DNA of 63,381 bases, counting the filler, from Craspedostauros australis (taxonomy: Eukaryota), in NCBI GenBank assembly GCA_030167865.1. It is 24 parts of 24 records of this genome, joined end to end, with 100 filler letters (N's around TTAATTAATTAA, not from the genome) between each part and the next. Parts side by side here need not be neighbours in the genome. Positions count along the whole stretch, not along the records: positions 11,200 to 12,743 come from JALAGF010000991.1; positions 12,844 to 15,677 come from JALAGF010000992.1; positions 15,778 to 19,921 come from JALAGF010000993.1; positions 20,022 to 21,429 come from JALAGF010000994.1; positions 21,530 to 23,047 come from JALAGF010000995.1; positions 23,148 to 25,362 come from JALAGF010000996.1; 18 more parts are not named here. One strand, written 5' to 3'. How positions within the stretch are numbered: the stretch's first letter is position 1; each line of letters starts with the position of its first letter. A program made the position numbers and the translations under genes. The notes under the pieces are model-generated. The model was not told the DNA's origin, did not search any database, and worked only from the letters and a program-made list of their open reading frames with translations. This document shows positions 11,200 to 24,069 of this stretch, one piece after another.

Positions 11200-12743
11200 C
11201 TTCTTCCGCACTGCTCGTTGAAGATTGGCATCAGACTACCATGGTGATAGCTGCCACTCCGGATCTAGGGCTCTGAGAGCCCCAATGTTGTCGCATCCGA
11301 TGGTAATCTTCCCTTCAAGTACATTGTGAGCTGCGCGCAGCGCTGCAACGGTTGTCACTATGCTGTACAAACCTGCAAGTTCTGCTCGATGTGACTGCAT
11401 GACATTGCTGCCGCGCGGCGCTTGACACGCCATCCAGGCTCTCGCTGTCAACCCTTCATGCTCTCCGACCATGCCTGCCCCGGCCGCCCCGTTTCCCAGC
11501 GCAACCGACTATCACTGCACGCTCTGAGCTTGCCAGCCCTTGCCACATGAGCTAGAGTTGACTCTGCTCCCATGAATGTGAGTATCTCAGTCGCCCATGC
11601 CGCTGACTCTGGCAGGACTTGTATCCCTGGGGCTGCTGAAGCCGCCATCGCAGCCGCCAGCCTTGGACCTTCCTTTCCTGTCCGTGTCACCACTTGTTTC
11701 CATGATACTCGTAGCTGTCCACAAGGTGAGAACCTGCTGTCGATAGCTCCTGCACCTCGTGATACTCCCTCTGCCATCTTCGCCGCAAAGTTTGCCTGTA
11801 GTGGACACCTTCTTGACCATAGCAGGTGAGTCTTTTGGTTTCTGGTTCCCACTGGTAGTCTGGTCGGAGCGATGTAAACCTTTGCCATGGTCCCAATGGC
11901 AACCGCAGTCGCCTCTCTTGCGCCCTGCTTGCCGGGTATTGCATGATGATTGCTTGCTTCCATTGAGCCCAATCCTGTTGGGTCAGTTGCCCGACTTCCA
12001 GCCACTTGATCATGCTGCTTCACAAGGGGATGAGGCCAGGACTGGTTGTTTCCTCATGTTATCAATCTCCTTGGGCTGATATGGTGTCTGATAACCATGG
12101 CATCTACTTTGACATCCTGCAGAGATTCACTGCTGCATTGTTGCTGCACCATGTTGGCCCACTTTGCTGGATCCTGCTGCATGACCTGCATCGTCTCTGC
12201 TTGAAGCTTCACCAAACTCATTGCATTCCTCATGAGCTTCCCAGTGACTGAGAGACTTCCCCAGTGTTTGACTATTTCTCCCACATGCTTTGTGACTTGT
12301 GCCAGGTAGAGATGCTTGACCCCACTCCAAGACACTGCTGCGGCCCAAAAACCAGTTTCCTCAACACGTTGCATTGTATCTCAGCTGCAGGCAGTGCCAC
12401 TTGAAGCATTGGCCTCATGATGTGCTCTGCCTCTTCCTTGGTGAACGTGGAGCTTGCCAGAGGGTACTCCAACGTCCTGGAGATGGTGGTGTGCAGGGCT
12501 AGCCATGCATGATGTCGGTGTAGTCCCCCTCACACACACTGACGTATTGGCCTGACGGTTTCATGTGTGCTGTGCGCCTTTGCATGGCGGCTAGAGCTGA
12601 AATGGCCTTTTGTCCACATTTGCCAGGAGTACTGGCACAGAACTTTTGCCCAGTTCAGCCCAAGCTCAGAGAGCAGAGATATGTCCATTTTTTTGCGTTT
12701 TGATCCGTTGCCATAAATCTCTGTTCTTCCAGTGTCCAGCTTC
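11200..12743 (-). pseudogene. Decayed LINE (Ambal-like) RT thumb and RNase H
   Basis: EYPLASSTFTKEEAEHIMRP..LVFG (paralogous to the 12844 LINE); SHRAELAGL..IGCDN RNase H motifs; many stops and frameshifts. Confidence 0.75.
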
Positions 12744-12843
12744 NNNNNNNNNNNNNNNNNNNNNNNNNNNNNNNNNNNNNNNNNNNNTTAATTAATTAAN
12801 NNNNNNNNNNNNNNNNNNNNNNNNNNNNNNNNNNNNNNNNNNN

Positions 12844-15239
12844 GAACAAGCGGGACGCCTTCGAGCCGTGTTTGGGCAAGACAAGTCGATGACGACGAAG
12901 GTCTTATTCACGGATGACGAAGGCCGACTGCAGGAATGCACACAACAACCGACATCGTCACAGCGTGCATAAGGGAAAACAAACGACGATTTTCCCAAGC
13001 AGACCAGACCCCTTGCATGACGGGCCAGACGAAAAGGATCATGGACCGGATATGGAACCCGGCACTGGAGACACAACTCATCAACGCGCAGGGATCCACT
13101 CCAGAAGTGCCGGATCCTATGACTCATGCCTTACTGCAGTCCTTGCGACCCATTGCACAAGACAAGGAGGAACTTACAACAGAGGAGCACATTCGGGCAT
13201 GGAAACGACAGACGGAACTGACAAACTCAGAACCGAGCACGCCGCACTTCGGACACTACAAAGCAGCGATGTCCGTCAAGAGCCTGGCAGACGCCGACAT
13301 GATGTTGAGAGACATTCCGTACCAACCAGGCCACTTGCCAAGACCATGGCAACGGATCACCGACGTCGAGATACTGAAGAAGGCGCAAGTCTTCAACATC
13401 AAGAAGATGAGGACCATACAATTGATGGACGCGCAGTTCAATCTGAACAACAAAAGACTTGGACGACAAATGATGCAAACTGCGGAGAAAGCAGGATGGC
13501 TCTCGGGATTCCAATTTGGTAGCCGCAAATGCAGGTCGGCAATCAGCGCAGCACTGAACAAGCGTATCAGCATCGACCTGGGTTTCCAGCGGAAGGTGGC
13601 GGTTTCATTCTGCTCCAACGACGCAAAATCCTGCTACAACAGGATAGTCCCAAACTTCGCGGCGACGGTAATGATGGCGGCCGGAGCGAACAGATTGGCG
13701 ACGAGAAGCATGTTCAAGACGCTCCAAGACGCGCAGTATCACATCAGCACCGCATACGGAGTGTCTGATAGATCATATGGTCGCGGAGTGGATTGCCAGA
13801 TGCACGGCATTGGCCAAGGGAACGGGGCAGGACCGGCTATTTGGGCGGTCATCAGTTCCGTCATGTTTAATGCCATGAGCCTTCTTGGTCATGCCTCGCC
13901 GCTACCGACCCCCGACGAGCAGACGATCTCAATTCTGGGATCAGCCTTCGTGGACGACACGGACCTGGTTAGGCTGGAAACAGGTGGCACAGTGAAGGCA
14001 GACACAGAAGCCTTCAAGGCGATGGTACAAGACTGGAGCAAGCTGCTGCATGTTACCGGCGGTGCTCTCGTGCCGAGCAAGTCAGCGTGGTGGGCAATGC
14101 AACCGGAATTCGTTTCAGGACAATGGACGTGGCAAGACGCCGACCCGCTGACCACCATCAATATCAACGACGGGCACGACTCAGCGGCGGAAATACCATA
14201 CAAGCCAATGGACCAGCCACTCTTCACGTTGGGAGTGTTCATTGATTTTGACGGGAACCAAGAAGCGCAGGCTGACAGACTCCGCAAGAAAGCAGAAGAA
14301 TTTGGGGGACGCATGCGGACGGCGAAGATTTCTCCAGCCAATGCAAGGTCTGCCCTTACGCTGCGGTTCATGAAGACGATCGAGTACGCGCTTCCAATGG
14401 TCCAACTTACTCGGCTACAATGGCGACGGATCATGGCCCCGGCGTTGCTAGCAGCACTCCCAAAAATGGGGGTATCCAGGAACTTCCTGAGAGACTTGGT
14501 ATATGGTACGACGTCACTGGGCGGGCTGGGGATCATCAACCCAGCCAACATGCAGTTGATTTTGCAGGTCCAGTTGGCCTTTGACAAAGTCCATCGTGGC
14601 ACTCAAACCGGAGAAATGATCAAATGCTCTATTCTGGCCTTGAAAGAGGAGCTGGGAGTGGAGCGATCTCTGTTCCGGTACTCACACAAGGCCATAGGAC
14701 ACTGCGCCACGAGTTGCTGGGTCACTGGACTCTGGCAACAGCTTCACGACACCAGCATAGACATCCTCGAAACCACGAAGTCGGCGACACGCCAGCAGAG
14801 AGGCGACAAGTTCTTGATGGACATCTGGCTACGCCAGGGTGTGAAAGGAGCTCAGCTATACCATCTGAATATGGTGCGACAGAAGCTGGGTGTGGTACGA
14901 ATGTCAGACATCACGTCGGCTAACGGAACGAGAATACTGGCGGAGGCGCATGACGGAATCGCCGCGTCGACCCTGCCCAAGCAATGGGCGAGTCAACCTG
15001 ACCGCCTCCCGAGCGGCTGGTGGAAGGAATGGCAGCGGTGGTGCAAATCCATGTGCTTCCGAGGCTTGACGCTCCACCAACCCCTGGGCAGGTGGCACAG
15101 CAATGATCGGACCTGGCGGTGGTGGAAGCTACCGTATACCGACGTGATCTTTGACATGGCTACTCGTCCAATCCAGCGCTATAGGCAGCGTCTCACCAGC
15201 TGGACCCGCCGACAGCGATTCACTAGGGCTGGACACGTC
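12844..15239 (+). mobile_element. Non-LTR retrotransposon (LINE, Ambal-like) reverse transcriptase, interrupted by an LTR at 15240
   Basis: KMRTIQL, QFGSR, SNDAKSCYNRI, GIGQGNGAGP, AFVDDT, LGV. The tail of ORF 12936-15632 after 15239 is LTR-derived. Confidence 0.9.
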
Positions 15240-15677
15240 TGTTGGCAAGTTCCGCTCACGGTAACCTACGATCGTGGAAGATGGTGTTGGTTGATAGTCG
15301 TCTGTTTGCTATTTCATTACTTGGCTACTCNGATNCTCTNGGTGTACNCCGTTCTCTTGCCCGATGCTCTCGGCGCTTCAATCTGTTTTGTAGATTCAGT
15401 CTCCGACTATGAGTTGGTACGCGAGATCCTCTCTCGCTCCTCTCTGTATTCTCTCTCTCTCTCTCGACGTCGTGTACTCGTGCTACACGATACTCCGCGT
15501 TCGATGCGTACTCCGCATTCGACACTCTGTTCATTCAGTACTGGTTCCTACTCCATGAGTACTTACCATTTGAAGCTCACCTTCAGTATCCATGATCTTC
15601 ATGGGTCATCGTATCTTCGCCTCCTGCTCTGACTTGGAGACAGCTGTTGACGTGGTGACATGTTGACATCCTGTCGA
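15240..15677 (-). repeat. LTR family A copy inserted in LINE
   Basis: Reverse-complement match to ~5518-5962, starting TGTTGGCAAG. Confidence 0.92.
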
Positions 15678-15777
15678 NNNNNNNNNNNNNNNNNNNNNNN
15701 NNNNNNNNNNNNNNNNNNNNNTTAATTAATTAANNNNNNNNNNNNNNNNNNNNNNNNNNNNNNNNNNNNNNNNNNNN

Positions 15778-16629
15778 TGGACACACTCATGATCCATGCC
15801 ACTCAGCACATCAGTGAAAACACCAAAAGCAGACACAGTGGATGCTGCTGGGTGAGAAGGATCAGTTTGATTGGGAATTTCAAAGTAGTCAGTTGGCAGG
15901 AGGATGGATGGTGGAGCTGATACCTCCTTTAGTGCACTCTTCAGGCTATCCATTGCAAAGGTGGTCTTTTTGCTGGTGGCAGCCTGCTTTGGTGCTGACT
16001 TCATGGTTTGACGTGTGTTGTTTGATGTTGGGGATGGCTGGGGCTCGCCTTCTGCCTCAGAAAGCACAATTCCGCCGTCGTCACTTTCCAGTTCTGTGTT
16101 CCCAAAGTAGTCACGTCCAGCTCGGGTACTGGTGTTGGAGGGACTGTTGATGCTTTCCCAATTGCGGCGGCTGGTGGGTGGTGGGCGAAGTGATTGTCCG
16201 GGGACGAAGTCTGTTGTGACAGCTCCAGCGATGCTCTGGCGCTCAGTTTCGGTGCTCGCGAGCGTCAATCCGTAGCGGCGACCAAAGGAAGGAGAGAAGG
16301 CTGCAATGGGTGTGAGTGTGTGTGCATGAAGTGAATGGCAGTGACCGAGACTGTGACCATGGCAATGACAGTGACAAGGCAGGTGCGCACTTACTCTTAG
16401 TTGGATCTCTGCCCCAGTGAACGTAGCGGTCCCAGACTTTTCCGTAGTTCTTCCGAAGTGTCTCCTTCTTGTACTTGTTCAGCCAACTGCGGTGATCCAA
16501 ACAGAACTTGTCGAAGGTAGCGGCGTCGTAGGTGTTGTTGTGGAACAGTTGCACGAGGTAGCCAGCGTCCTCGCCTTCTCGTGACCAGTAGGCGCTCTTT
16601 GTTGGTTCGGGTGGGTGTTGGTCGTTCAT
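15778..16629 (-). CDS. Hypothetical, probably spliced gene (exon MNDQHPPEPT..HWGRDPTK, GTAAGT donor at 16394)
   Basis: Protein-like first exon, canonical donor, downstream open frame 16268-15778; acceptor not resolved. Confidence 0.4.
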
Positions 16630-16710
16630 TGTTGTGAGGTTGTTGTGAGGATGAGCCGCAAAAACGACAACAACGACAGCAGCAGTGACACCACCATGAA
16701 CAACCGCACA

Positions 16711-16792
16711 GCAACATCATCATCAACATCAACAACAACAACAACAACAACAACATCATCATCATCATCATCATCAACAACAACAACAACAA
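16711..16792. repeat. Compound (AAC)n/(ATC)n microsatellite
   Basis: Directly visible. Confidence 0.95.
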
Positions 16793-17662
16793 CTCCACAC
16801 TTGTGCAGTACTGTTCCTACACAAACAAACAGCAAAGACCAGCCCCGACCAACTCAAACACAGCGACGAGCACCACAACTTGAGGCAGATCAAGACAGTC
16901 ATGGCCGACCAACGAACATCGCTACAAAGCCCTGCAACTAAAACGGCTGTAACATTCATTTTATTCATTGATGTTTACAATAGTAGGTTACTATTAGATG
17001 TGTTTATCATGCAGCATGAAGACAGCAATCAGTGGAGGTGTTGGGTGGGAAGCCCGTCATCATCTGTTTGTTTTTGTTTTGAGCCGTTTTTGTGGGACCG
17101 CTCTCATTTTGTGGCGAGCATTGGCGGTGATGTTCCGCTACGTTCGTGATTTAGCTGAGGNGTGACAAAGAGTTCGGGAATGTTCCAACATGTTCAAAAA
17201 TGTGCGGAGATGACGTCATCCGGAAAAGCCGACTGACGCCTGCTCATCGAATCACCATCTCTACGAGTGCTGCAGTACTGTTGTACGTAGCCCTGAAAAT
17301 CGCAACACACGACACGACTGGAATCTCCATTCACGAGTTCCAAAAAGGTAAAAAATGTTGAGCAAATTCACTAACCAGGTCGTTTTTCTTGGCAAAGTTC
17401 ACTAACCAGGTCGTTTTGGTATTGGCCAATCACAATGGCCGGCCTTTTGGCCGGCGTGTCTCTGTGACAACTGCGAAAATAATATTTTAGCCACGAAGCC
17501 AACAAAACAAACATTTCTCATGATCGGGTGGGAAGCAAGTTTGATGGAGGCACACATGTCCATGTGGGCTCACATTTGTACTTCTTACTCTCAGATGTCC
17601 ACCCATACAAAAGCCAACAAGTGCCTAATGAACAGTAGCATGTCAATTTTAGATCTTGTATA

Positions 17663-19594
17663 CTAGTAATCTGGAAGGCTGCCTGCCAGTTCATCGATCA
17701 CTTTGGGCATGATCTTGTCCACCTTCTTTCGTTTCTTCTCCACAAGAACCATTGGCATTGGCTTTGGGCAGGCCTGCAGAAAGTGCCCACGTTGGCCACA
17801 GCCTGGACAGATACGCACACCAGTCTTCGCACTTGACGATCGTGCACCGTTGTTGGTCTTCCGACGCTTCCGTCCGGGCTTCCCCACGATTCGCATTGGT
17901 GCCAACTCTTCCTCCACAAGATCATTTCTCATCACCCTGGCCCTTTTGATGTCGATGCTTTTCTTGCCATGCTGTTCCATCCACGTAGTAGTGTGCCATG
18001 CCTTGTCGTACCAGCCAATGTTGAGGACGTCAAAGACGCCAGGTTGGACATTGTTGAGGAGCATGGGAGCCTTGCGGAGTACTGCAGCAACGTGCCTGCA
18101 GGGTCTTTTGTACTCCCATGGGGCATTGCAGGTGCAGGTCATGGCGAAGTCCGAAGTTACCGTGACAGTCTCGGAAACGGCTGGATTCTTCGCGAGCATG
18201 ACACTTGCGTTGATTGCGGAGCCGTGCACAGTATTCACTTCCACGTTCAGTTTCCCACAGTTCTCCACACAAGAAGTCATGTCTTGAAGGCAGCGAGGTG
18301 TCAAGACATTTCCAGATTCGAAGCACTCCGTGGCCTTTGTCGCTTTGCCAATGCGCTTGTCCGCCATATACTTAAGGGTTGCTGCCACCAGGTTGCAGAT
18401 TGGCAGGCTTCTGATCTCTCCGATGGCTGCGTTAGCTTGCTCGCATGAATTGGAGGTGACAACGCCCAAGCGGTGTTGGTTAGGTTCACGAAGCAGCAGG
18501 TGGGTGAGACACTTTGTGCGCCGATGACAAAACCACTCGTGAAGCTTCGGATTCTGTTGTTGCACCTTGCTGAGGTAGAAATCTGCCAAGTTCTTGCTGC
18601 AGGCATACACGGCTTTCTGGAGGAGGCTTTTCTGCTCTGGAGTCATCTTCAGTTGCTTGTTCGCGACGGCGTTCTTTTGGAGGATGTGATACATGCAACG
18701 TGTGTGAGGAACGCCCCATTCGCTCAATGATGTCTGGACATCCGCGCTCTCGAGCCCTTTTGCGCCATCGCTCATCAGCATCCGCACAGTCGGAAAGCTT
18801 TCCTTCACTTGCGAAAGGAACCAATCCCAGTTGTCGGCTGATTCCACTGGCATGATGCCGAACGCAAGGATGACCAGCTGACGATTGGCATCATACGTGG
18901 TGAGGAAGCACAAGTAGCCTTTTGCTGCAGAGCGAAGGTGAGCTGCATCCACACACACCATCCCATCAAAATGATGGAACGTCTTAATGCTCCCACCAGG
19001 AGCGCAAAAGATTCGGCGCAATTGATGCCAAACAGCAACCTTGGAATCATCTTGTGCCAGAATTGTCTCTACCTTGTATACTCCTTCGGCATCATTGACG
19101 GCCAGTGCAGCCATGTAAGACTTGATTAGACGGCACTGGGCAAGGTGTTTCTCGATGGTAATCCCCTTCTCTTTGATGATGTTGTAGAGCTGTCCCTTTT
19201 TCAGGGTGACGGACAATTCCTCCTGCAGCATGTCCCCCAATTGCTTGCAGGCACCTGCCGCCGGTACCTGGTAGTTGCCAATGATGTTGGTGATCTCACA
19301 AAGGACTGCTGTCTTATATGCCCTCTGACGCGTGCAAGGGCCCAGACAGTTGTGACCAACAAATTCGGTGATCTTGATTGCTGTCCCAGCAAGACGCGCA
19401 CGGCATTGGAAGGGGCAGTCCTTACTGACAGAGCACACCAACTTCATGGACGTACCAGACCTATCGAGGACAACGTAGCCAGCACCAACCGACCAGCAAT
19501 GACACAAGACAGCTGCAGCTACATGTGTGAAGCCCACTCCTTCTTTGGTTGCTCTCTTGGCAAGGGTGATGAATGATTTTCCGTTGCTAGACAT
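17663..19594 (-). CDS. Mutator-like (MULE) transposase with SWIM finger and CCHC knuckle
   Basis: CPFQCRA..H.C, VCVDAAHL, ESADNWDWFL, MSDGAKGL, RCMYHI, TSNSCEQAN, CTCN..PCRH, CPGCGQRGH..C. Downstream 20-bp direct repeats (17367, 17398) and hairpin (17438-17455) may mark the element end. Confidence 0.93.
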   Translation of the reverse strand: MSSNGKSFITLAKRATKEGVGFTHVAAAVLCHCWSVGAGYVVLDRSGTSMKLVCSVSKDCPFQCRARLAGTAIKITEFVGHNCLGPCTRQRAYKTAVLCEITNIIGNYQVPAAGACKQLGDMLQEELSVTLKKGQLYNIIKEKGITIEKHLAQCRLIKSYMAALAVNDAEGVYKVETILAQDDSKVAVWHQLRRIFCAPGGSIKTFHHFDGMVCVDAAHLRSAAKGYLCFLTTYDANRQLVILAFGIMPVESADNWDWFLSQVKESFPTVRMLMSDGAKGLESADVQTSLSEWGVPHTRCMYHILQKNAVANKQLKMTPEQKSLLQKAVYACSKNLADFYLSKVQQQNPKLHEWFCHRRTKCLTHLLLREPNQHRLGVVTSNSCEQANAAIGEIRSLPICNLVAATLKYMADKRIGKATKATECFESGNVLTPRCLQDMTSCVENCGKLNVEVNTVHGSAINASVMLAKNPAVSETVTVTSDFAMTCTCNAPWEYKRPCRHVAAVLRKAPMLLNNVQPGVFDVLNIGWYDKAWHTTTWMEQHGKKSIDIKRARVMRNDLVEEELAPMRIVGKPGRKRRKTNNGARSSSAKTGVRICPGCGQRGHFLQACPKPMPMVLVEKKRKKVDKIMPKVIDELAGSLPDY

Positions 19595-20021
19595 GATGAG
19601 AGTTGTTTGTATGATGTATGTTGATGGATGTGATGGCTTCTACTCTGTGTTTTATGACATGTGAGTTACAAACAGAGGTTGTCACTCCTTGGGAAGCATC
19701 ACACCATTCCTATTCGATGCTGTGTACATCCATCGTACATCTGTTGCTCCGAATGGACACTGCATACCAGCGGACAAGTTATTCGCATCCGACTGCAGAG
19801 CTCGGAGACTTTTTGTACTTGCGTGGATCGACTGCATTGCGTACCACAGCCTCATCATGTTTGTCGTGCACGTCATTGCAAGCGAACAACTAGTCCACCA
19901 GCATGTACAGCATCCAATGAGNNNNNNNNNNNNNNNNNNNNNNNNNNNNNNNNNNNNNNNNNNNNTTAATTAATTAANNNNNNNNNNNNNNNNNNNNNNN
20001 NNNNNNNNNNNNNNNNNNNNN

Positions 20022-21429
20022 AACCGGACGCGACAACGACAGCCACCAAGGAGGAACCCCATCTGGGCTCTCCCTCATGCTTGGTGGGAACACCCCGCAC
20101 CGTACTCCACCCAACTTCCCGAACGAAACCCAACTCTCCAGTATCGCCAAGCAAGGATCACAAAACACGTCACCAGTGATCATCGACACCCGTGGCACCA
20201 CTCCGCCCAACGAAGATACCGAACCAGGCACCGACTACGACCAACACCCTGGTAACGACGATACCGTAGACGTACCCGGCAACCGCGGCCCCACAGGACG
20301 AAACCGACTCTTTCCCAACGTAGACCCCGCGACGATCGGCGATTACAACCGCAATCCAACAGGCGCTAAGGTAGTAACCTTCGCCCCCGAAACGACCGCC
20401 AGAGACCCAGGAGATACCAATGCACCCCGGATGAACTACCCGGAGAACGACGGAAACCGTCCACCCCACGATCGGAACCCGCATCCCTACCACGGTACTG
20501 CGGATACACCAGCCTCACACGGCGTGGGTAACTATCGAGGCAACAACGGGCACGAACCCGTGAACCGAAACCCTGCCGGCAACCCACCCACGAACCATGG
20601 GACAAACCGCCCGCACCGTGACAACCATGGACCCCCAATTAACCATGGACACCACGGCGGCAACCCTTATGGGCATTCCCCTACCATGGGAAACCAGTTC
20701 CCTCATGGTCCACCGCCTCCGATGTACCACGGAACCCACCCAGGAGGATTCCCGCCAATTGGAATCCCTATCCCCATGGGCCATTTTCCCCATGGAGCCG
20801 GAGGTTTTCCAATGCCACAAGGAGCCTTCACCCCCGTTGGACACCCTCACCCAGGGTATCCACCACGACCACCCGCGTATGGGTACTGCCCAACCGATCC
20901 CAATGGAGGTTTCGGAAGACATGACCCAAGCAACATGGGCCCGAACACCCCACACGGGCAACACGATCCCGGGTATCCACCACGACCACCCGCGTATGGG
21001 TACCGCCCAACCGATCCCAATGGAGGTTCCGGAAGACATAACCCACCCAACATGGGCCCAAACACCTCACACGGGCAACACGATCCCGGGTATACACCAC
21101 ATCATGGACCCACCCGCGGCGAACCACCAGTCGTCCAGGCCAAGCTAACGAAGCGACGCCCCATCCCCGACTCCGTCAAATTCACGAGTGATGCGGCATC
21201 CTTCCAAGTGGTGAAACACCAAATCCATGCCCACCTCCTGGGAAANGANATGGCGTACCTGATCAACGACCAGTTCCGGCACAGATACCATTCCCAAGGA
21301 ATCCATGCGATCAAGGACCACATCGACCCGGTGACAGGTGTGCCTACAACCACCTCGCCAGAACAGGTTGCGAGCGACGTCAGGACCCTATTCGCGGGAC
21401 TATACTCCGTCTTCGCCGGCGGCCCAGCA
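20022..21429 (+). CDS. Probable CoDi-type copia Gag N-terminal fragment, Pro/Gly/His-rich with a 117-bp tandem repeat
   Basis: Open frame; 39-aa repeat at 20851 and 20968; KFTSDAASFQ..IHAHL..MAYLINDQF resembles a diatom copia gag start. Confidence 0.5.
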
Positions 21430-21529
21430 NNNNNNNNNNNNNNNNNNNNNNNNNNNNNNNNNNNNNNNNNNNNTTAATTAATTAANNNNNNNNNNNNNNN
21501 NNNNNNNNNNNNNNNNNNNNNNNNNNNNN

Positions 21530-21956
21530 CGGTCATCGGATCTTCGCCTCCTGCTCTGACTTGGGGACAGATGTCGACGTGGTGACACGATGACATCCTG
21601 TTGACGTCAGTAGGCGTCCTTCTGCTCTCCAGATGTCACGTTCCATTGGTGATGNNNNNNNNNNNNNNNNNNNNNNNNNNNNNNNNNNNNNNNNNNNNNN
21701 NNNNNNNNNNNNNNNNNNNNNNNNNNNNNNNNNNNNNNNNNNNNNNNNNNNNNNNNNNNNNNNNNNNNNNNNNNNNNNNNNNNNNNNNNNNNNNNNNNNN
21801 NNNNNNNNNNNNNNNNNNNNNNNNNNNNNNNNNNNNNNNNNNNNNNNNNNNNNNNNNNNNNTAGTTATACCGTCCAAGTGCGTATGAGAGAATAACGGGT
21901 GAACGATGCACATATACACGTACATCTCGACATATACTCACATGTACATCTCGACA
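21530..21956 (-). repeat. LTR family A fragment with longer 5' part (gap inside)
   Basis: 21530-21654 matches the reverse complement of ~5468-5592; 21862-21956 matches 45496-45591. Confidence 0.8.
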
Positions 21957-23346
21957 CATTGCCTGGACAGATGGTCGCGTACCAACCACCAATCGATCAC
22001 ACTGCCCAAATCATGGCAGTACTCCGTACCGACCCCAGATCCCCGATTACCTTCAGCACTCTCGCTACAATCCTCTTCCGTGGAGGCCTGACCCACATCA
22101 ACACGGTCCATCAGGTCAGCATCACATCCATGTTGAACGAATGCCTGGAGAAGATGGCAAACGACCGTCACCGTGATCACGCGTTCAGCGATGCCAGTGG
22201 GTATCATGAATGAAGCTCACCTGCCGCCATCTTGGGCGGCTGCATGAACCACACTACGATTAGCTTTCTTGCTTTCAGTCAACTCACATTCCGATGTGAG
22301 ATGAAGGGGAGTAAAAGAGCTAAACTAGTATCCACCTTAGTGAGAGACACTACAAATCACTCGACTCTATTGCAATCCAGTAGATCGAATGCTTGCCTCG
22401 TCCGCACCCACATTTGGGGACCAACCCAGATCATTGAAGCAGATCTTTGGCAACCCATGTCAGGAAAGTTGAAGGGTTCTGATAACCAAGTCACTGATCC
22501 CTCCGCCCCGCCAAAGCGCCGACGCATGAACAAGAGCAAACACTGTGAGGATGACGCCCCACGGAACGCGCATCAACGCCCATCACCTAGCAATCAACTC
22601 GGAGAATGGATCCTTCCCACGGTACTCAAGCTACGTGACCTGTACGCCAAGTCTTTTAGAGCAACATCGGAGATCCACCCCAAGGCGAAGAACCATAGCA
22701 ATAACACTCATAATCCGCATGTTTCTTCACCATCTACCAGTATTCTCAATTGACTACTTGTGGAACAGAAGACTCTCGTCCGGACCCGCTTGCCAATCAA
22801 GCCTCTACAGCCAACAACAGCTAACAAGACTCCAAGCCATTATGTTTAGGCTCTATTCGCAATTACGGCCTATAACCACTCGGAATGTACCCACCGGGGA
22901 CCATACCATAGCCCACCATGGTTGGTTTGTTCGCGCATTGATCATTTGTATGCAGGTCTCGCAGGGCACAATGGGACAGCCAGCGACTTCGGTATGCTGT
23001 CACTATCAAACCATTTCCTACCCTTTAATCCACTTTCAGCCACCACCNNNNNNNNNNNNNNNNNNNNNNNNNNNNNNNNNNNNNNNNNNNNTTAATTAAT
23101 TAANNNNNNNNNNNNNNNNNNNNNNNNNNNNNNNNNNNNNNNNNNNNACGCATGCTGTCGGTGCAATTCGGTGTCACGCAGGCCGCCCAGGATCAGTACG
23201 GTGAGTCAGGCAGGGTTGTGGCAAGCAAAGCGCTGTCTTTGCTACACAATGAAGTTTGCGGTTGTCGTCTTGTCTCATTTGTTTGATCTCTCATCGCACC
23301 GCAAACTCCTTTCTCACTCATCACCATTTGCAACAATGAAACAACC

Positions 23347-24069
23347 ATGGCCAACGCGTGGCGTGCGATGATATCCACCCCAACATTCCGGACTGCAGCC
23401 ATCGATCCAACCCAACTGCCACCCCTCGATGAGAATGGCGTTCCCAAGTACAAGGGCAAGAAACGGGGTCGCAAACCCAAGGCCAGGAAACGCAAGATCA
23501 ATCCCAATCGACGCAAGCGTCAGCAAACGGCGTACACGCTGTTCGTGCAGGAGACGTATCCAACAGTCAAGGCGCAGAATCCAGAATTGCCCAGCAATCA
23601 GCTGATTCGCATCGTCGCTGGACAATGGAAGACGGGAGTGGACGCCGAACAGAAGCAGGCATGGAAATTGCGCGCCTTGGCCATGCGGACGGACACGACC
23701 GCGGAGGATCATGGTGCAGAAGGAATGGCTGCCGTCGACACCCAAGTTGACGAGATGCCGGGTGATGGTAACACAAACGGCAACACAAACGGCAACAACG
23801 ACGTTGAGGAAGAGGAGCAGGAAGACGAAGGCAACGAAGGTGAGGAGATGGTGGATGCACGAATAGAAGACAGCGCTGATCATTCTCATCATCAGAACCA
23901 GGAAAGCACCGAGGATCATGATGCTGACGATCAGACCAATGACGGAGTATTGGTAGATCAGAACATTGGCGATGGTGATGATGATGGTCACGATGCTGAC
24001 AAAGATGGCGAAGAGCAGGTGGAAGACGACGGAAGCGAAAAGTGGATATTAACATCTCCGGCTATATAA
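23347..24069 (+). CDS. HMG-box protein with AT-hook-like motif and acidic tail
   Basis: KKRGRKPK; RRKRQQTAYTLFVQETYPTVKAQNPELPSNQLIRIVAGQWK HMG box; D/E-rich C-terminus. Confidence 0.88.
   Translation: MANAWRAMISTPTFRTAAIDPTQLPPLDENGVPKYKGKKRGRKPKARKRKINPNRRKRQQTAYTLFVQETYPTVKAQNPELPSNQLIRIVAGQWKTGVDAEQKQAWKLRALAMRTDTTAEDHGAEGMAAVDTQVDEMPGDGNTNGNTNGNNDVEEEEQEDEGNEGEEMVDARIEDSADHSHHQNQESTEDHDADDQTNDGVLVDQNIGDGDDDGHDADKDGEEQVEDDGSEKWILTSPAI

Noticed and set aside
15240..15632. Hydrophobic C-terminal extension of the 898-aa LINE protein
   Set aside because: It is read-through into an antisense LTR insertion.
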